From: a virus
Taxonomy: Duplodnaviria; Caudoviricetes
Direction: 5' to 3' (one strand)
Virus record (IMG/VR): IMGVR_UViG_3300040734_000097
Span: 1 to 41,983 of that record
DNA length: 41,983 bases
Shown here one piece after another: positions 34,073 through 41,983 of the stretch. Under the pieces are notes generated by a model, which saw only the letters and a list, made by a program, of their open reading frames with translations, was not told where the DNA came from and ran no database searches. The stretch's first letter is position 1. Each line of letters begins with the position of its first letter. A program made the position numbers and the translations under genes.

Positions 34073-36925
34073 ATGCCAGATCTAACGTTTAAACTCATTC
34101 TCGTCACTGACGATGCCAATGTCAAGCTTGCCGAAGTCAAGCAGGAGGCAGTGTCTGCCCAGTCTGTGGTAGAGAAGCCTGTCTCGGTTAAGATATCTGC
34201 AGAACAGGCATTGGCTACCATTCGTGATGTGAAGATTGCAGTCGATGGAGTGGTGGCTGTAGTCGGTGGTTTGGTGCGCTCAATGAATGGTTTACTGGAT
34301 GCTTCGCTGGGTCAGAGGCAGTCCTTCAAGCTGGCTTCTATAGCCTTTGGAGAAGCTGCAGATGAGATGAGTAAGTTTGCTTCCTCTATGCAGGAAGTGA
34401 CCAATTTTGAGGATGATCAGTTGTTGGCTCTGATGTCCAAGCTCTCACAGACATTCAAACTGAACAAGGACGAGATACAGCAGCTGGCGCCGATGCTGCT
34501 GGACTTTACCGAAGCCAACAAAGCCACCGGGATGACAGTGGAGTCTGCCTTTGATCTCATGGGTCGGGCACTGAATGGTCATACTGAGATGCTGGGCAGA
34601 TATGGCATAGAGCTGGATGCTACCCGGCTTAAGACAGAGGGTGTGACGTATCTGGTTGAGAAGTTAGGTGAGGACTATGGCGGTACCGCTACTGCTCTGG
34701 CTGATCTGCGTCTGCAGAATGCTAATGCCTGGGGTGATATCCAGGAGACAGTGGGCGATATGCTGACCGTCCTGATCAATCCTCTCTTGCAGGGGTTGAG
34801 GTGGTTGATGGATGCCTATCAGAGCCTATCTCCGGTCATGCAGGGCTTCGTTGCCGGGATCGTGATTGCCATTCCTTTGATCGGGACTATTACTGCTGCC
34901 ATTACAGCTCTGACTGCTGCCTATCATGCGCTTAGGATAGCTATGAACCCGGTGGCAGGAATCATCGGAGTTGCGGTAGGTGTTCTGTCTGCCCTGGGAC
35001 TGGGTCTGGCAGCGGCTTCGGTCAAGACTGAGGCTGTAACTGCAGCTCAGAAGTCCATGAATGATGAGATCAAAGACTGTGGAAAGCAGGTCTCGGTGGA
35101 AGCTGAGAAGTTCTCGCTCCTGGCTAATCGTCTCTTGGAACTGCGCTCTCAGACTACCCTTGCCAATGCCGATAAGACGGAGATGAAGAACATCATCAGA
35201 TCACTCAATGACAACTACTCTGAGTATCTTGGCAACATCAATCTGGAGACATCCTCTTACAATAGTCTGGCTACTGCACTGCGTAACGCTTCCGATGCTC
35301 TGGTGCAGAAGAAGATAGCGGAAGTCTATGGAGAGAAGTATAATGCCCAGATCAGGAAGGTAGCTGAACTGCAAATCCAGATCGACTCTCAACAAGCTGA
35401 GGTGGACAGAGTCAGAGCCCGGAAACAACAACTGATGAACTCGGTAGATTGGGAGTTCCTGACCAGTGACCGTAATGCCATGGGCTTCAATCCTGCCACC
35501 TACTTCGGTAATGACGGAGAGTGGCTCAAGTTAGAGAGACGGCTCAACCAGTTCAGTGCTTTGCATAGTGAACTGAGAGCTGCCAAGAGCGATCTGCAGC
35601 AAATAGGACAAGCCTACAGACAGGCTATGCTCGATGCTCCCGACCTGACATTTACTCCTACCTCAGGTTCAGGTAGTGGAGGTAATGGTACTGGTAATGA
35701 CTATGATGAGCGTCCGCGTAAACTGGAGCAGTTGGCTCAACTGCAGCAGAGATATGATACTCTGGCAATAGACGATCTGGTTGCCAGGAAGCAGAAGGAA
35801 CTGGAGATCGAGCGGGATGCTGAGCTTGCCAAGGCTCAGTCACTCGGAGCATCAGAGACTCTCCTTCAAGCAATTCGTGATCACTATGCCGATGAGTCAG
35901 TGCGAGTAGAGCAGGAAGCTGCTGATGCCCGAACCAAGAAACTGGAAGCGGAAGCTCAGGAAGCCAAGCGCATAGCCGAAGCCACTGCCCGGGAACAGCA
36001 ACGCCTGGCTGAAGAGGAACAGCGCAGGCAGGAGGAGTTGGCAGATACCCGCTATGAGTTCGTTAACCGTGGTCTGGAACTGATCGGCAATACCTATGAT
36101 GCAGAGCTTCGGACTATCGACCAATACTATGCCAAACGCAGGGAGAAGCTGCTTGCTGCTGGCTTTACCGAACAGCAGATCACTCAACAGACTGAGATGG
36201 CGAAGTCCAGGATCAGAGACCAGTATGACCAGAAGCACTTTGAAGGTGTATCTCAGATGCTGGGTAACCTGGCAAAGGCAACCGAGGTGTTCGGCAAGAA
36301 AGGCTTTGCCCTCTGGAAGACCCTTGCCGTAGCCCAGGCGATGATGGATACCTATTCCTCAGCTACCGCAGCTTACAAAGCAATGGTGGGTATCCCGGTC
36401 GTAGGACCCGGACTGGCGGTTGCGGCTGCCGCAGCAGCAGTGGCGGCAGGTCTTGCCAATGTAGCAGTGATCTCCAATACCGAGCCACCCAAGGCAGCCA
36501 CCGGAGGTATGTTAGTTGGCAGATCACATAGCCAGGGTGGCATCCTGATAGAAGCTGAAGGTGAGGAGTATATCACTGCCAAGGACAGAGTCAAAGCTCT
36601 GGGTAGGAACCTCTTTGACTTCCTCAACTTCGCTCCGATTGAATCGGTGAAGCTTGCCTTTGCCGGCATGCCTGTTCCATCAGTTCCCATACCTGCCAAC
36701 ATCGGATCATATTATAGCACAGGTGGCAGTATCATGAGTGGAGGCAGTATGACTACCATCATGGATACAATCGTCTCCGTTGTACGGGAAGAGTTCAAGA
36801 GTCTCCGGCAGAGCATCTCCGATAACCAACCCAACATCGAAGTCAATGTCGACCCCTTATCCAATGACCCGGTCAAGGTATCACAGATCGCCGATAAGGG
36901 TAAGTTGATCAGAAGTGAAGTGTAG
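34073..36925 (+). CDS. Tail tape measure protein
   Basis: 950 aa, Ala-rich and helical with hydrophobic segments; ATGG...G.SHSQGGI..EAEG.EY C-terminal motif. Confidence 0.88.
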   Translation: MPDLTFKLILVTDDANVKLAEVKQEAVSAQSVVEKPVSVKISAEQALATIRDVKIAVDGVVAVVGGLVRSMNGLLDASLGQRQSFKLASIAFGEAADEMSKFASSMQEVTNFEDDQLLALMSKLSQTFKLNKDEIQQLAPMLLDFTEANKATGMTVESAFDLMGRALNGHTEMLGRYGIELDATRLKTEGVTYLVEKLGEDYGGTATALADLRLQNANAWGDIQETVGDMLTVLINPLLQGLRWLMDAYQSLSPVMQGFVAGIVIAIPLIGTITAAITALTAAYHALRIAMNPVAGIIGVAVGVLSALGLGLAAASVKTEAVTAAQKSMNDEIKDCGKQVSVEAEKFSLLANRLLELRSQTTLANADKTEMKNIIRSLNDNYSEYLGNINLETSSYNSLATALRNASDALVQKKIAEVYGEKYNAQIRKVAELQIQIDSQQAEVDRVRARKQQLMNSVDWEFLTSDRNAMGFNPATYFGNDGEWLKLERRLNQFSALHSELRAAKSDLQQIGQAYRQAMLDAPDLTFTPTSGSGSGGNGTGNDYDERPRKLEQLAQLQQRYDTLAIDDLVARKQKELEIERDAELAKAQSLGASETLLQAIRDHYADESVRVEQEAADARTKKLEAEAQEAKRIAEATAREQQRLAEEEQRRQEELADTRYEFVNRGLELIGNTYDAELRTIDQYYAKRREKLLAAGFTEQQITQQTEMAKSRIRDQYDQKHFEGVSQMLGNLAKATEVFGKKGFALWKTLAVAQAMMDTYSSATAAYKAMVGIPVVGPGLAVAAAAAAVAAGLANVAVISNTEPPKAATGGMLVGRSHSQGGILIEAEGEEYITAKDRVKALGRNLFDFLNFAPIESVKLAFAGMPVPSVPIPANIGSYYSTGGSIMSGGSMTTIMDTIVSVVREEFKSLRQSISDNQPNIEVNVDPLSNDPVKVSQIADKGKLIRSEV

Positions 36926-36933
36926 GAACATTA

Positions 36934-38421
36934 ATGCCTAACCTGTTCAGAATCGACTTTGTTCAAGGCAAGACCGATGCTCAAGACTATAACCAGGTCA
37001 AGCATAGCCTGATCGATACGGCGACCAATAGAGCTATTATTACACTCAGTATATCTGCCGATAAGCTGCAAGCGGTCTCCAACTACAGCCGGGAACCCAA
37101 GCGATTGGTCTTTGAGTGCTTCCCGACTACTTGGATCAATGCCAACATCCTCTCCGGAACTAATGAGCATGAGCGGTATATCTCCCACTTTGAAGTAAAG
37201 GTCTATCGGGATAATCTGCTGTTCTTTACAGGCGTCATAGATACATCTCAACTGTCATTCGATATCAGCACAGGTATCCTCAAGTTCACCTGTTATGATA
37301 AGATCAAGCTCTTGTCTGTCTATTCCGATCTCACACACTATTATAGCCTAACTGCAGGTTATCAGCCCGTCTGGATACTGGGTTACTTCCTGCAGGATAT
37401 TGAGCAGAAGATACCTGTATCCATACCCTATAGCAATCAGTTCAATTTACCGACCCTCAATATCCCCATGGTAGATTCCATAACCATAGTCCATGTTGAC
37501 TTTGATGATGTGAACCAGTTTCCTGATCCTCCCGGAGGCTGGACCTACACTAACCACAGTTCTGGATGGCCAAGCCCCCGCTGGGGATATGTGATCGATA
37601 CTCCCGGTAACAAGGTCACCTTTGTCTTTGCCTATAAAAAGGTGATCCAGGCTACCTATCCCAGTCCTGCTGCAACCCGCTATCAAGGACGCTTTCGTGG
37701 CAGGGTCTACAGCTTCTATAACGGTATCTGTCCGGTAGTAGCTGAGTATGATGAGAAGACCGACTGGGTGGAAGATATTACTTCCTTAGATAACGCCTAT
37801 AATGAGTTCATCAGCTTCTTTACCGATAATGGTATCTCCAACACCACTCTGATGTCCGGACTGAGCAGTACCGGCTTCCTGGATGGAAGAAGCTATGGCA
37901 GCAGTCAATACGTTAACCACTGGATCGAAGCAGATTGTCATGGTAATATCTTTCCCAGCCGTATCCAACCCGGTAAGTCTTACGAGACCTATCAGGAGGA
38001 GCAGACCGATAACCTCAAGGCTCTGCAGACCATGCTGATGTTTTATAATGCCACTATCTTCACCAATGCCTCAGGTCAGATTATCCTCAAGAACAAGGAT
38101 GCCTATGCCACTTCCATAATAGACATAGCAGACGATGATGTGATCAGCTTCACAACCAAGCGGGGTAATCAGGAGAAACCCGATATCAAGACCATCGATG
38201 TCCTGGCAGGCGACACCACTCAACTGCAGGGCATTATCAAAGACTACCTGATTGGCTTCTATGACTCCAAGTGGAGCATCGAAACTACAATAGATAAACT
38301 CAACCAATACAATCTCTCCCTCCAGTCCAAGATCAGAATCAGAAACCAGGTCTACGCCATTACTGAACTGGAGAGAGATTACATCAATGATGAATACAAG
38401 GTAAAAGCATGGCTGCTTTGA
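36934..38421 (+). CDS. Putative tail tip/hub protein
   Basis: Follows the tape measure gene; FTGVID...CYD hub-like pattern. Confidence 0.55.
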   Translation: MPNLFRIDFVQGKTDAQDYNQVKHSLIDTATNRAIITLSISADKLQAVSNYSREPKRLVFECFPTTWINANILSGTNEHERYISHFEVKVYRDNLLFFTGVIDTSQLSFDISTGILKFTCYDKIKLLSVYSDLTHYYSLTAGYQPVWILGYFLQDIEQKIPVSIPYSNQFNLPTLNIPMVDSITIVHVDFDDVNQFPDPPGGWTYTNHSSGWPSPRWGYVIDTPGNKVTFVFAYKKVIQATYPSPAATRYQGRFRGRVYSFYNGICPVVAEYDEKTDWVEDITSLDNAYNEFISFFTDNGISNTTLMSGLSSTGFLDGRSYGSSQYVNHWIEADCHGNIFPSRIQPGKSYETYQEEQTDNLKALQTMLMFYNATIFTNASGQIILKNKDAYATSIIDIADDDVISFTTKRGNQEKPDIKTIDVLAGDTTQLQGIIKDYLIGFYDSKWSIETTIDKLNQYNLSLQSKIRIRNQVYAITELERDYINDEYKVKAWLL

Positions 38422-38861
38422 AGGGCTGGAGACTGATCCGGCAGACTCCTGAGATGATCTATTACTTCAACTGCTCCAACGGACAGCTGGAATACTCTCC
38501 CAAGCGGAAGTACAGGATAGAGAAGCGTAATGCCTTTGACCCCTCCATACTTTATCAGAGAGACGAATACAGGGAGGACAGTTTCGACCTGCAGGCAGTG
38601 CTCAATCCCGATGAGTATTACACCCTGATGAGCTTCCTGACTGCAACAGGCAATCTCTATCTGGAATACAATGCCTACAATGAAATCAGAAGTCAGTTCC
38701 CGGTCACTGTATCCCAGTTCCCCAAGTGTCCGGACGATCTGCATGACTTTCCCGAAAAGGTGAAGTTCAGTCTGGAGTCCAGATACATAGGCAGTCCCGG
38801 CTATATCGACTTCGGGATCATCGCCATTGAAGACGATGGTGAGACAGTCACCTCTAATTAA
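38409..38861 (+). CDS. Putative tail tip protein (Dit-like size)
   Basis: 150 aa, coupled within the tail module; context only. Confidence 0.4.
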   Translation: MAALKGWRLIRQTPEMIYYFNCSNGQLEYSPKRKYRIEKRNAFDPSILYQRDEYREDSFDLQAVLNPDEYYTLMSFLTATGNLYLEYNAYNEIRSQFPVTVSQFPKCPDDLHDFPEKVKFSLESRYIGSPGYIDFGIIAIEDDGETVTSN

Positions 38862-38873
38862 TAATAAGGAGTA

Positions 38874-39533
38874 ATGATGCATAAATATGGTATAAGCTAT
38901 TACATCATGGAAGACGGCATCAGAAAGCCCCAGACTGGAGTGGATGTCCGGCTGCTCAGACCCGGAGATGCCTGGCAGAACGGTACCAAACTAATTGAGA
39001 CCGAGACTTCCGGGCATTATGAGGTTCTGATTGAAACCGAAGCCAATTGCGGCTTCTATGAGGTCTGGGACAACCGGGGCAATCCCAATGGAAGTTTCAG
39101 CGGCAAGACCTGCACCATCGGGAAGCTCGATGCCAGAGGATTACAGAACGATTGTATCTATGGCAATCACATCCTGGATGGAGTGGTCACAGGAAGTAAG
39201 ATAGCTAATGGAGTCGTAGCAATTAATCATCTCGATACCAGCATCAGACTTCCACTATCAAAGCTGCAGTATGAGCTTCATAATCAGGATAACGGGATCG
39301 GAGACACCACCCAAGCATCCCCTGCCAATTGTCATGATGATAAATACATCACACACAAGCTCGATAAGGAATACGAGACCATACCCCATGTCATCCTGAC
39401 CAATCAGTGCAATTGCTTCCTCTACATCTTCGATATCAAGCAGGAAGGCACTCAAATAACCATTACCATAGGGGTAGGGAATAACTTCGATGCCGACTTT
39501 GCCAAGTACCAGTTGCTTGCCTTGCCCTACTAA
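38874..39533 (+). CDS. Putative tail fibre/receptor-binding protein
   Basis: Last late gene; I.DG.VT.SKIA fibre-like repeat; AAGGAG RBS. Confidence 0.45.
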   Translation: MMHKYGISYYIMEDGIRKPQTGVDVRLLRPGDAWQNGTKLIETETSGHYEVLIETEANCGFYEVWDNRGNPNGSFSGKTCTIGKLDARGLQNDCIYGNHILDGVVTGSKIANGVVAINHLDTSIRLPLSKLQYELHNQDNGIGDTTQASPANCHDDKYITHKLDKEYETIPHVILTNQCNCFLYIFDIKQEGTQITITIGVGNNFDADFAKYQLLALPY

Positions 39534-39550
39534 ACCATACACAAGAGAGA

Positions 39551-39569
39551 AACCCGGCATAACCGGGTT
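39551..39569. terminator. Hairpin between convergent genes
   Basis: AACCCGG-CATAA-CCGGGTT. Confidence 0.5.
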
Positions 39570-39590
39570 AATGTGATATGTATATGACTA

Positions 39591-39986
39591 TTACTTCTTT
39601 TCGAGTCTGCAGATCAACTCAGCCATGAGGTTGATCACTTCCTTGTAATCTCCGCATTCCCAGGCATCATCGGCTCTGGTCTTGATCTCGTCAACCGTCA
39701 TCTTCTCCGACTGCAGCCAGGGTCCCCGGAACTGATTCCACCAGTTTTCGTAGTGGAAGTCATCTGCTGATGGATCATCAATTACCGGTTCGGCATCATC
39801 CAAACCAGTCTTATCCATCTCAATCACCCGCATGGTCGATCCTAACTTCAATACCCCTGCCTTCTCTGCCAGAGCCTCAACAGGCTGCTCAGTGCCATCT
39901 TCTCTCATCATTACGATCTGGCTGCCTGATTTCGCCATCTGCTCCAGCGTTGCCTTGTCCTTGCCATTCTTGTTTTGCTTGTTCAT
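39591..39986 (-). CDS. Hypothetical moron protein near the right end
   Basis: AAGGAG RBS, own promoter, antisense to the late genes. Confidence 0.65.
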   Translation of the reverse strand: MNKQNKNGKDKATLEQMAKSGSQIVMMREDGTEQPVEALAEKAGVLKLGSTMRVIEMDKTGLDDAEPVIDDPSADDFHYENWWNQFRGPWLQSEKMTVDEIKTRADDAWECGDYKEVINLMAELICRLEKK

Positions 39987-40023
39987 CTTGATCTCCTTCT
40001 CGGTTACCCGACTGTTAAATTAT

Positions 40024-40058
40024 GGGTTCTACATAGAACCCGTCGCAACCGTGGTCAA
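40024..40058 (-). promoter_or_regulatory. Putative promoter with overlapping palindrome
   Basis: TTGACC-17-TATGTA; GGGTTCT-ACAT-AGAACCC (40024-40041) covers the -10. Confidence 0.5.
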
Positions 40059-40153
40059 GTCCTTTCTGCACAATAGCATAAGAATTGCTAAGATACCAGA
40101 TAATGCCAGATTGGGAAGATGTAAGCATAAGTGCTGCACTGGAAGCATGTTGA

Positions 40154-40398
40154 AAACTCATTTGCAGAAATGGTGATATTTTCATGCTTTTGGGAGGTAA
40201 ATATCAGTTTGGTTTCAATAACTATCTAACGCTCTTGTATGTATGTAGTTGAGAAAACTCATTTGCAGAATTCAGTGGAACTCCATTTGCAGAAATGGTG
40301 ATACTCATTTGCAGAAACGGTGATACTCGCCCTCCGCTGTTTCAGACGATTTGCAGCCAATGTGATACGATTTGCAGAATTAAGTGAGACTCTATACA
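40154..40398 (-). repeat. Prophage right end with six ATTTGCAG-core repeats (putative transposase-binding sites)
   Basis: Cores at 40160, 40261, 40285, 40307, 40349 and 40370; consensus near CTCATTTGCAGAAATGGTGATA; ends in ...TATACA at 40398. Confidence 0.82.
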
Positions 40399-40560
40399 GT
40401 GATAATGGAAAACCGAGGAAACTGAACTTTCTTATCCACAGAAAATAAATCTCTTGACACAGAAAGCTAAGTTAAAAAGAGTGTAAGTGTGTATAAGATT
40501 ATTGTTGCTGATAACAGCAAACCAATATTAGATAACATGTATTCACTCAAGGAGGTGAAC

Positions 40561-41983
40561 ATGAGAAAGAGAAGGATTATTTTGCTCCTGATTTTATCAG
40601 GGCTATGTTCAGTTTTTTTTGCACAGGCAACCGGTGATTACCGCAGCAAAGCTACAGGAAACTGGGATGCGTTAACCACCTGGGAAAGATATGATGGCTC
40701 AAGCTGGCAAGAACCAACAGCTCTGCAAGGAACGCCAACCAATTCCAGTGGAGTAATCACCATAATCAGTCCCAATGTAGTAACCGTTACCGCTGGTGTC
40801 ATGATTGATCAGGCAACCGTTAATAGCGGAGCTCAAATTACCATCAATACAGGAGTCACACTTACCGTGGCAAATGGAAGCGGTACCGACCTTACCGTAA
40901 ATGGCTTGATTAAAAACGCAGGCACTGTAACAGCTACCGGAACAATTGTGTTTTCCAGCACAGGAAAATATCAGCATAACTGGCCCGCCAGCGTTGTAGG
41001 AACCATCCCTACCGCTACCTGGAGTGATGGCTCTGTTTGTGAGATAATCAACATGTCAGGAACAGGAGGCACTACTAAACTGCAGGGCACCAGCCAAAGT
41101 TTTTATGATTTCATCTGGAATTGCACTGGGCAGTCCCAATCGGTCTATATAAGAGGTGATAGCTTCCGTCCGGTTAGGCATGATTTTAAAATGCAGAGTA
41201 CCGGAACCTCAAACTTGGAAGTGTCCGGTGTGGAAGGCGGTCCGCCCTGGAGACTGGACTTTACGAACTATATCCAGACTGGTGGTACTTTCACGATTAC
41301 GCGTAATATGACTGGTGCGCCAAACTATACCATGAATGTAGCGGGTAACTTTTCCATGAATGGTGGAACTCTGACTACCTCTGCTGCCTATGCTACTCTC
41401 AACTTTAATGGAACAACTGGAACGCAAACTTTTAGTAAGACATCCGGAACCCTTTCAGGAACTATTAATTTCGTTGTTGCAAACGGTTCTACCCTCGATG
41501 TCGGATCCAGCATTATAACAGGTTCGGGATCATTTAATCTGGGTTCAGGTGCAAGCTTGATTACCGCAAACACCAATGGGATTACCTCAAGTGGTGCAAG
41601 CGGTAGTATCCAGGTTACCGGAACCAGGACATTCAATACTGGAGCAAACTATACTTATAATGGTTCTTCATCACAGAATACCGGTAATGGTTTAACCGGA
41701 GCAAATAATCTAACTGTGAATAATGCGGCAGGGGTAAATTTTACCAGTTCCGTGACAGTTAGCGGAGTCTATACTCAATCCAACGGTTCTGTAAGCGGAA
41801 CCACACCTTCAGTGGACGGTTATGCTTCTCAGAACCTGGTTCGTCTGGTGATATTGGAAGATGGAACCCAAATGACAGGTTACTCCGCATCGACATCAAT
41901 TAACAGCAATCTCCCTGCCAAGATAGATCGTCAGTGGTCTATTACTGGCAGTTTTGCCGGGAATAAAACTGCTACCTTCTATT
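40561..41983 (+). CDS. Secreted beta-rich protein, paralog of 3464-5425 (truncated by the window end)
   Basis: AGGAGGT RBS; signal peptide ending FFA|Q; DYRSKATGNW...TW motif; G/T/S/N-rich; in-frame shared 3' segment. Confidence 0.85.
   Translation, partial: MRKRRIILLLILSGLCSVFFAQATGDYRSKATGNWDALTTWERYDGSSWQEPTALQGTPTNSSGVITIISPNVVTVTAGVMIDQATVNSGAQITINTGVTLTVANGSGTDLTVNGLIKNAGTVTATGTIVFSSTGKYQHNWPASVVGTIPTATWSDGSVCEIINMSGTGGTTKLQGTSQSFYDFIWNCTGQSQSVYIRGDSFRPVRHDFKMQSTGTSNLEVSGVEGGPPWRLDFTNYIQTGGTFTITRNMTGAPNYTMNVAGNFSMNGGTLTTSAAYATLNFNGTTGTQTFSKTSGTLSGTINFVVANGSTLDVGSSIITGSGSFNLGSGASLITANTNGITSSGASGSIQVTGTRTFNTGANYTYNGSSSQNTGNGLTGANNLTVNNAAGVNFTSSVTVSGVYTQSNGSVSGTTPSVDGYASQNLVRLVILEDGTQMTGYSASTSINSNLPAKIDRQWSITGSFAGNKTATFY
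41905..41983 (+). repeat. 79-bp near-identical direct repeat, copy 2
   Basis: Matches 4550-4628 with one synonymous mismatch (GAC/GAT); runs off the window. Confidence 0.92.

Larger units (their letters stand above)
5607..40398. mobile_element. Transposable Mu-like prophage with siphovirus-type tail, about 34.8 kb
   Basis: Repressor, DDE transposase, AAA ATPase, GemA-like, DUF3164, terminase, MuF, head and tail genes. Bounded by imperfect inverted termini TGTACAAAGTATCAC...CTGCAAAT (left) and TGTATAGAGTCTCAC...CTGCAAAT (right, reverse complement). Confidence 0.9.

Noticed and set aside
40154-40398. Possible CRISPR array
   Set aside because: Repeats are degenerate and abut each other without unique spacers, no cas operon is present, and they mirror the left end.
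282-41636. Many short overlapping or antisense ORFs in the six-frame track (e.g. 4823-5437, 10439-10987, 27053-27697, 28711-29253, 40699-41636)
   Set aside because: They are shadows of well-supported genes and lack RBS or recognisable motifs.

Overview
Host DNA, probably from a Cloacimonadota-like anaerobe (inferred only from the style of its secreted proteins), interrupted by an apparently complete 34.8-kb transposable Mu-like prophage at about 5607-40398. The left host flank holds udg, an acidic ORF, gmk, gcvH, a TfoX-N protein and a secreted LamG/FlgD-Ig protein. The right flank holds a truncated paralog of that secreted gene sharing a near-identical 3' segment. The prophage has TG...CA inverted ends with repeated ATTTGCAG-core sites, an S24-type repressor, a DDE transposase, a MuB-like ATPase, GemA-like and DUF3164 genes, terminase and MuF. 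Its late region is non-Mu-like and reordered: lysozyme, neck genes, PBSX-type portal, a fused XkdF protease-capsid gene, holin, tail tube, a frameshifted chaperone, two tandem Dam-family methylases, tape measure and tail tip. A 10-kb AT-rich antisense cassette after muF encodes a UvrD-PD(D/E)xK fusion, type III Mod/Res, a zinc-finger protein, an exported thermonuclease, a NucS-like nuclease and a stand-alone caspase-like protease. This cassette is the best candidate for an undescribed defence system. All family calls are from motif recognition by eye; no searches were run.
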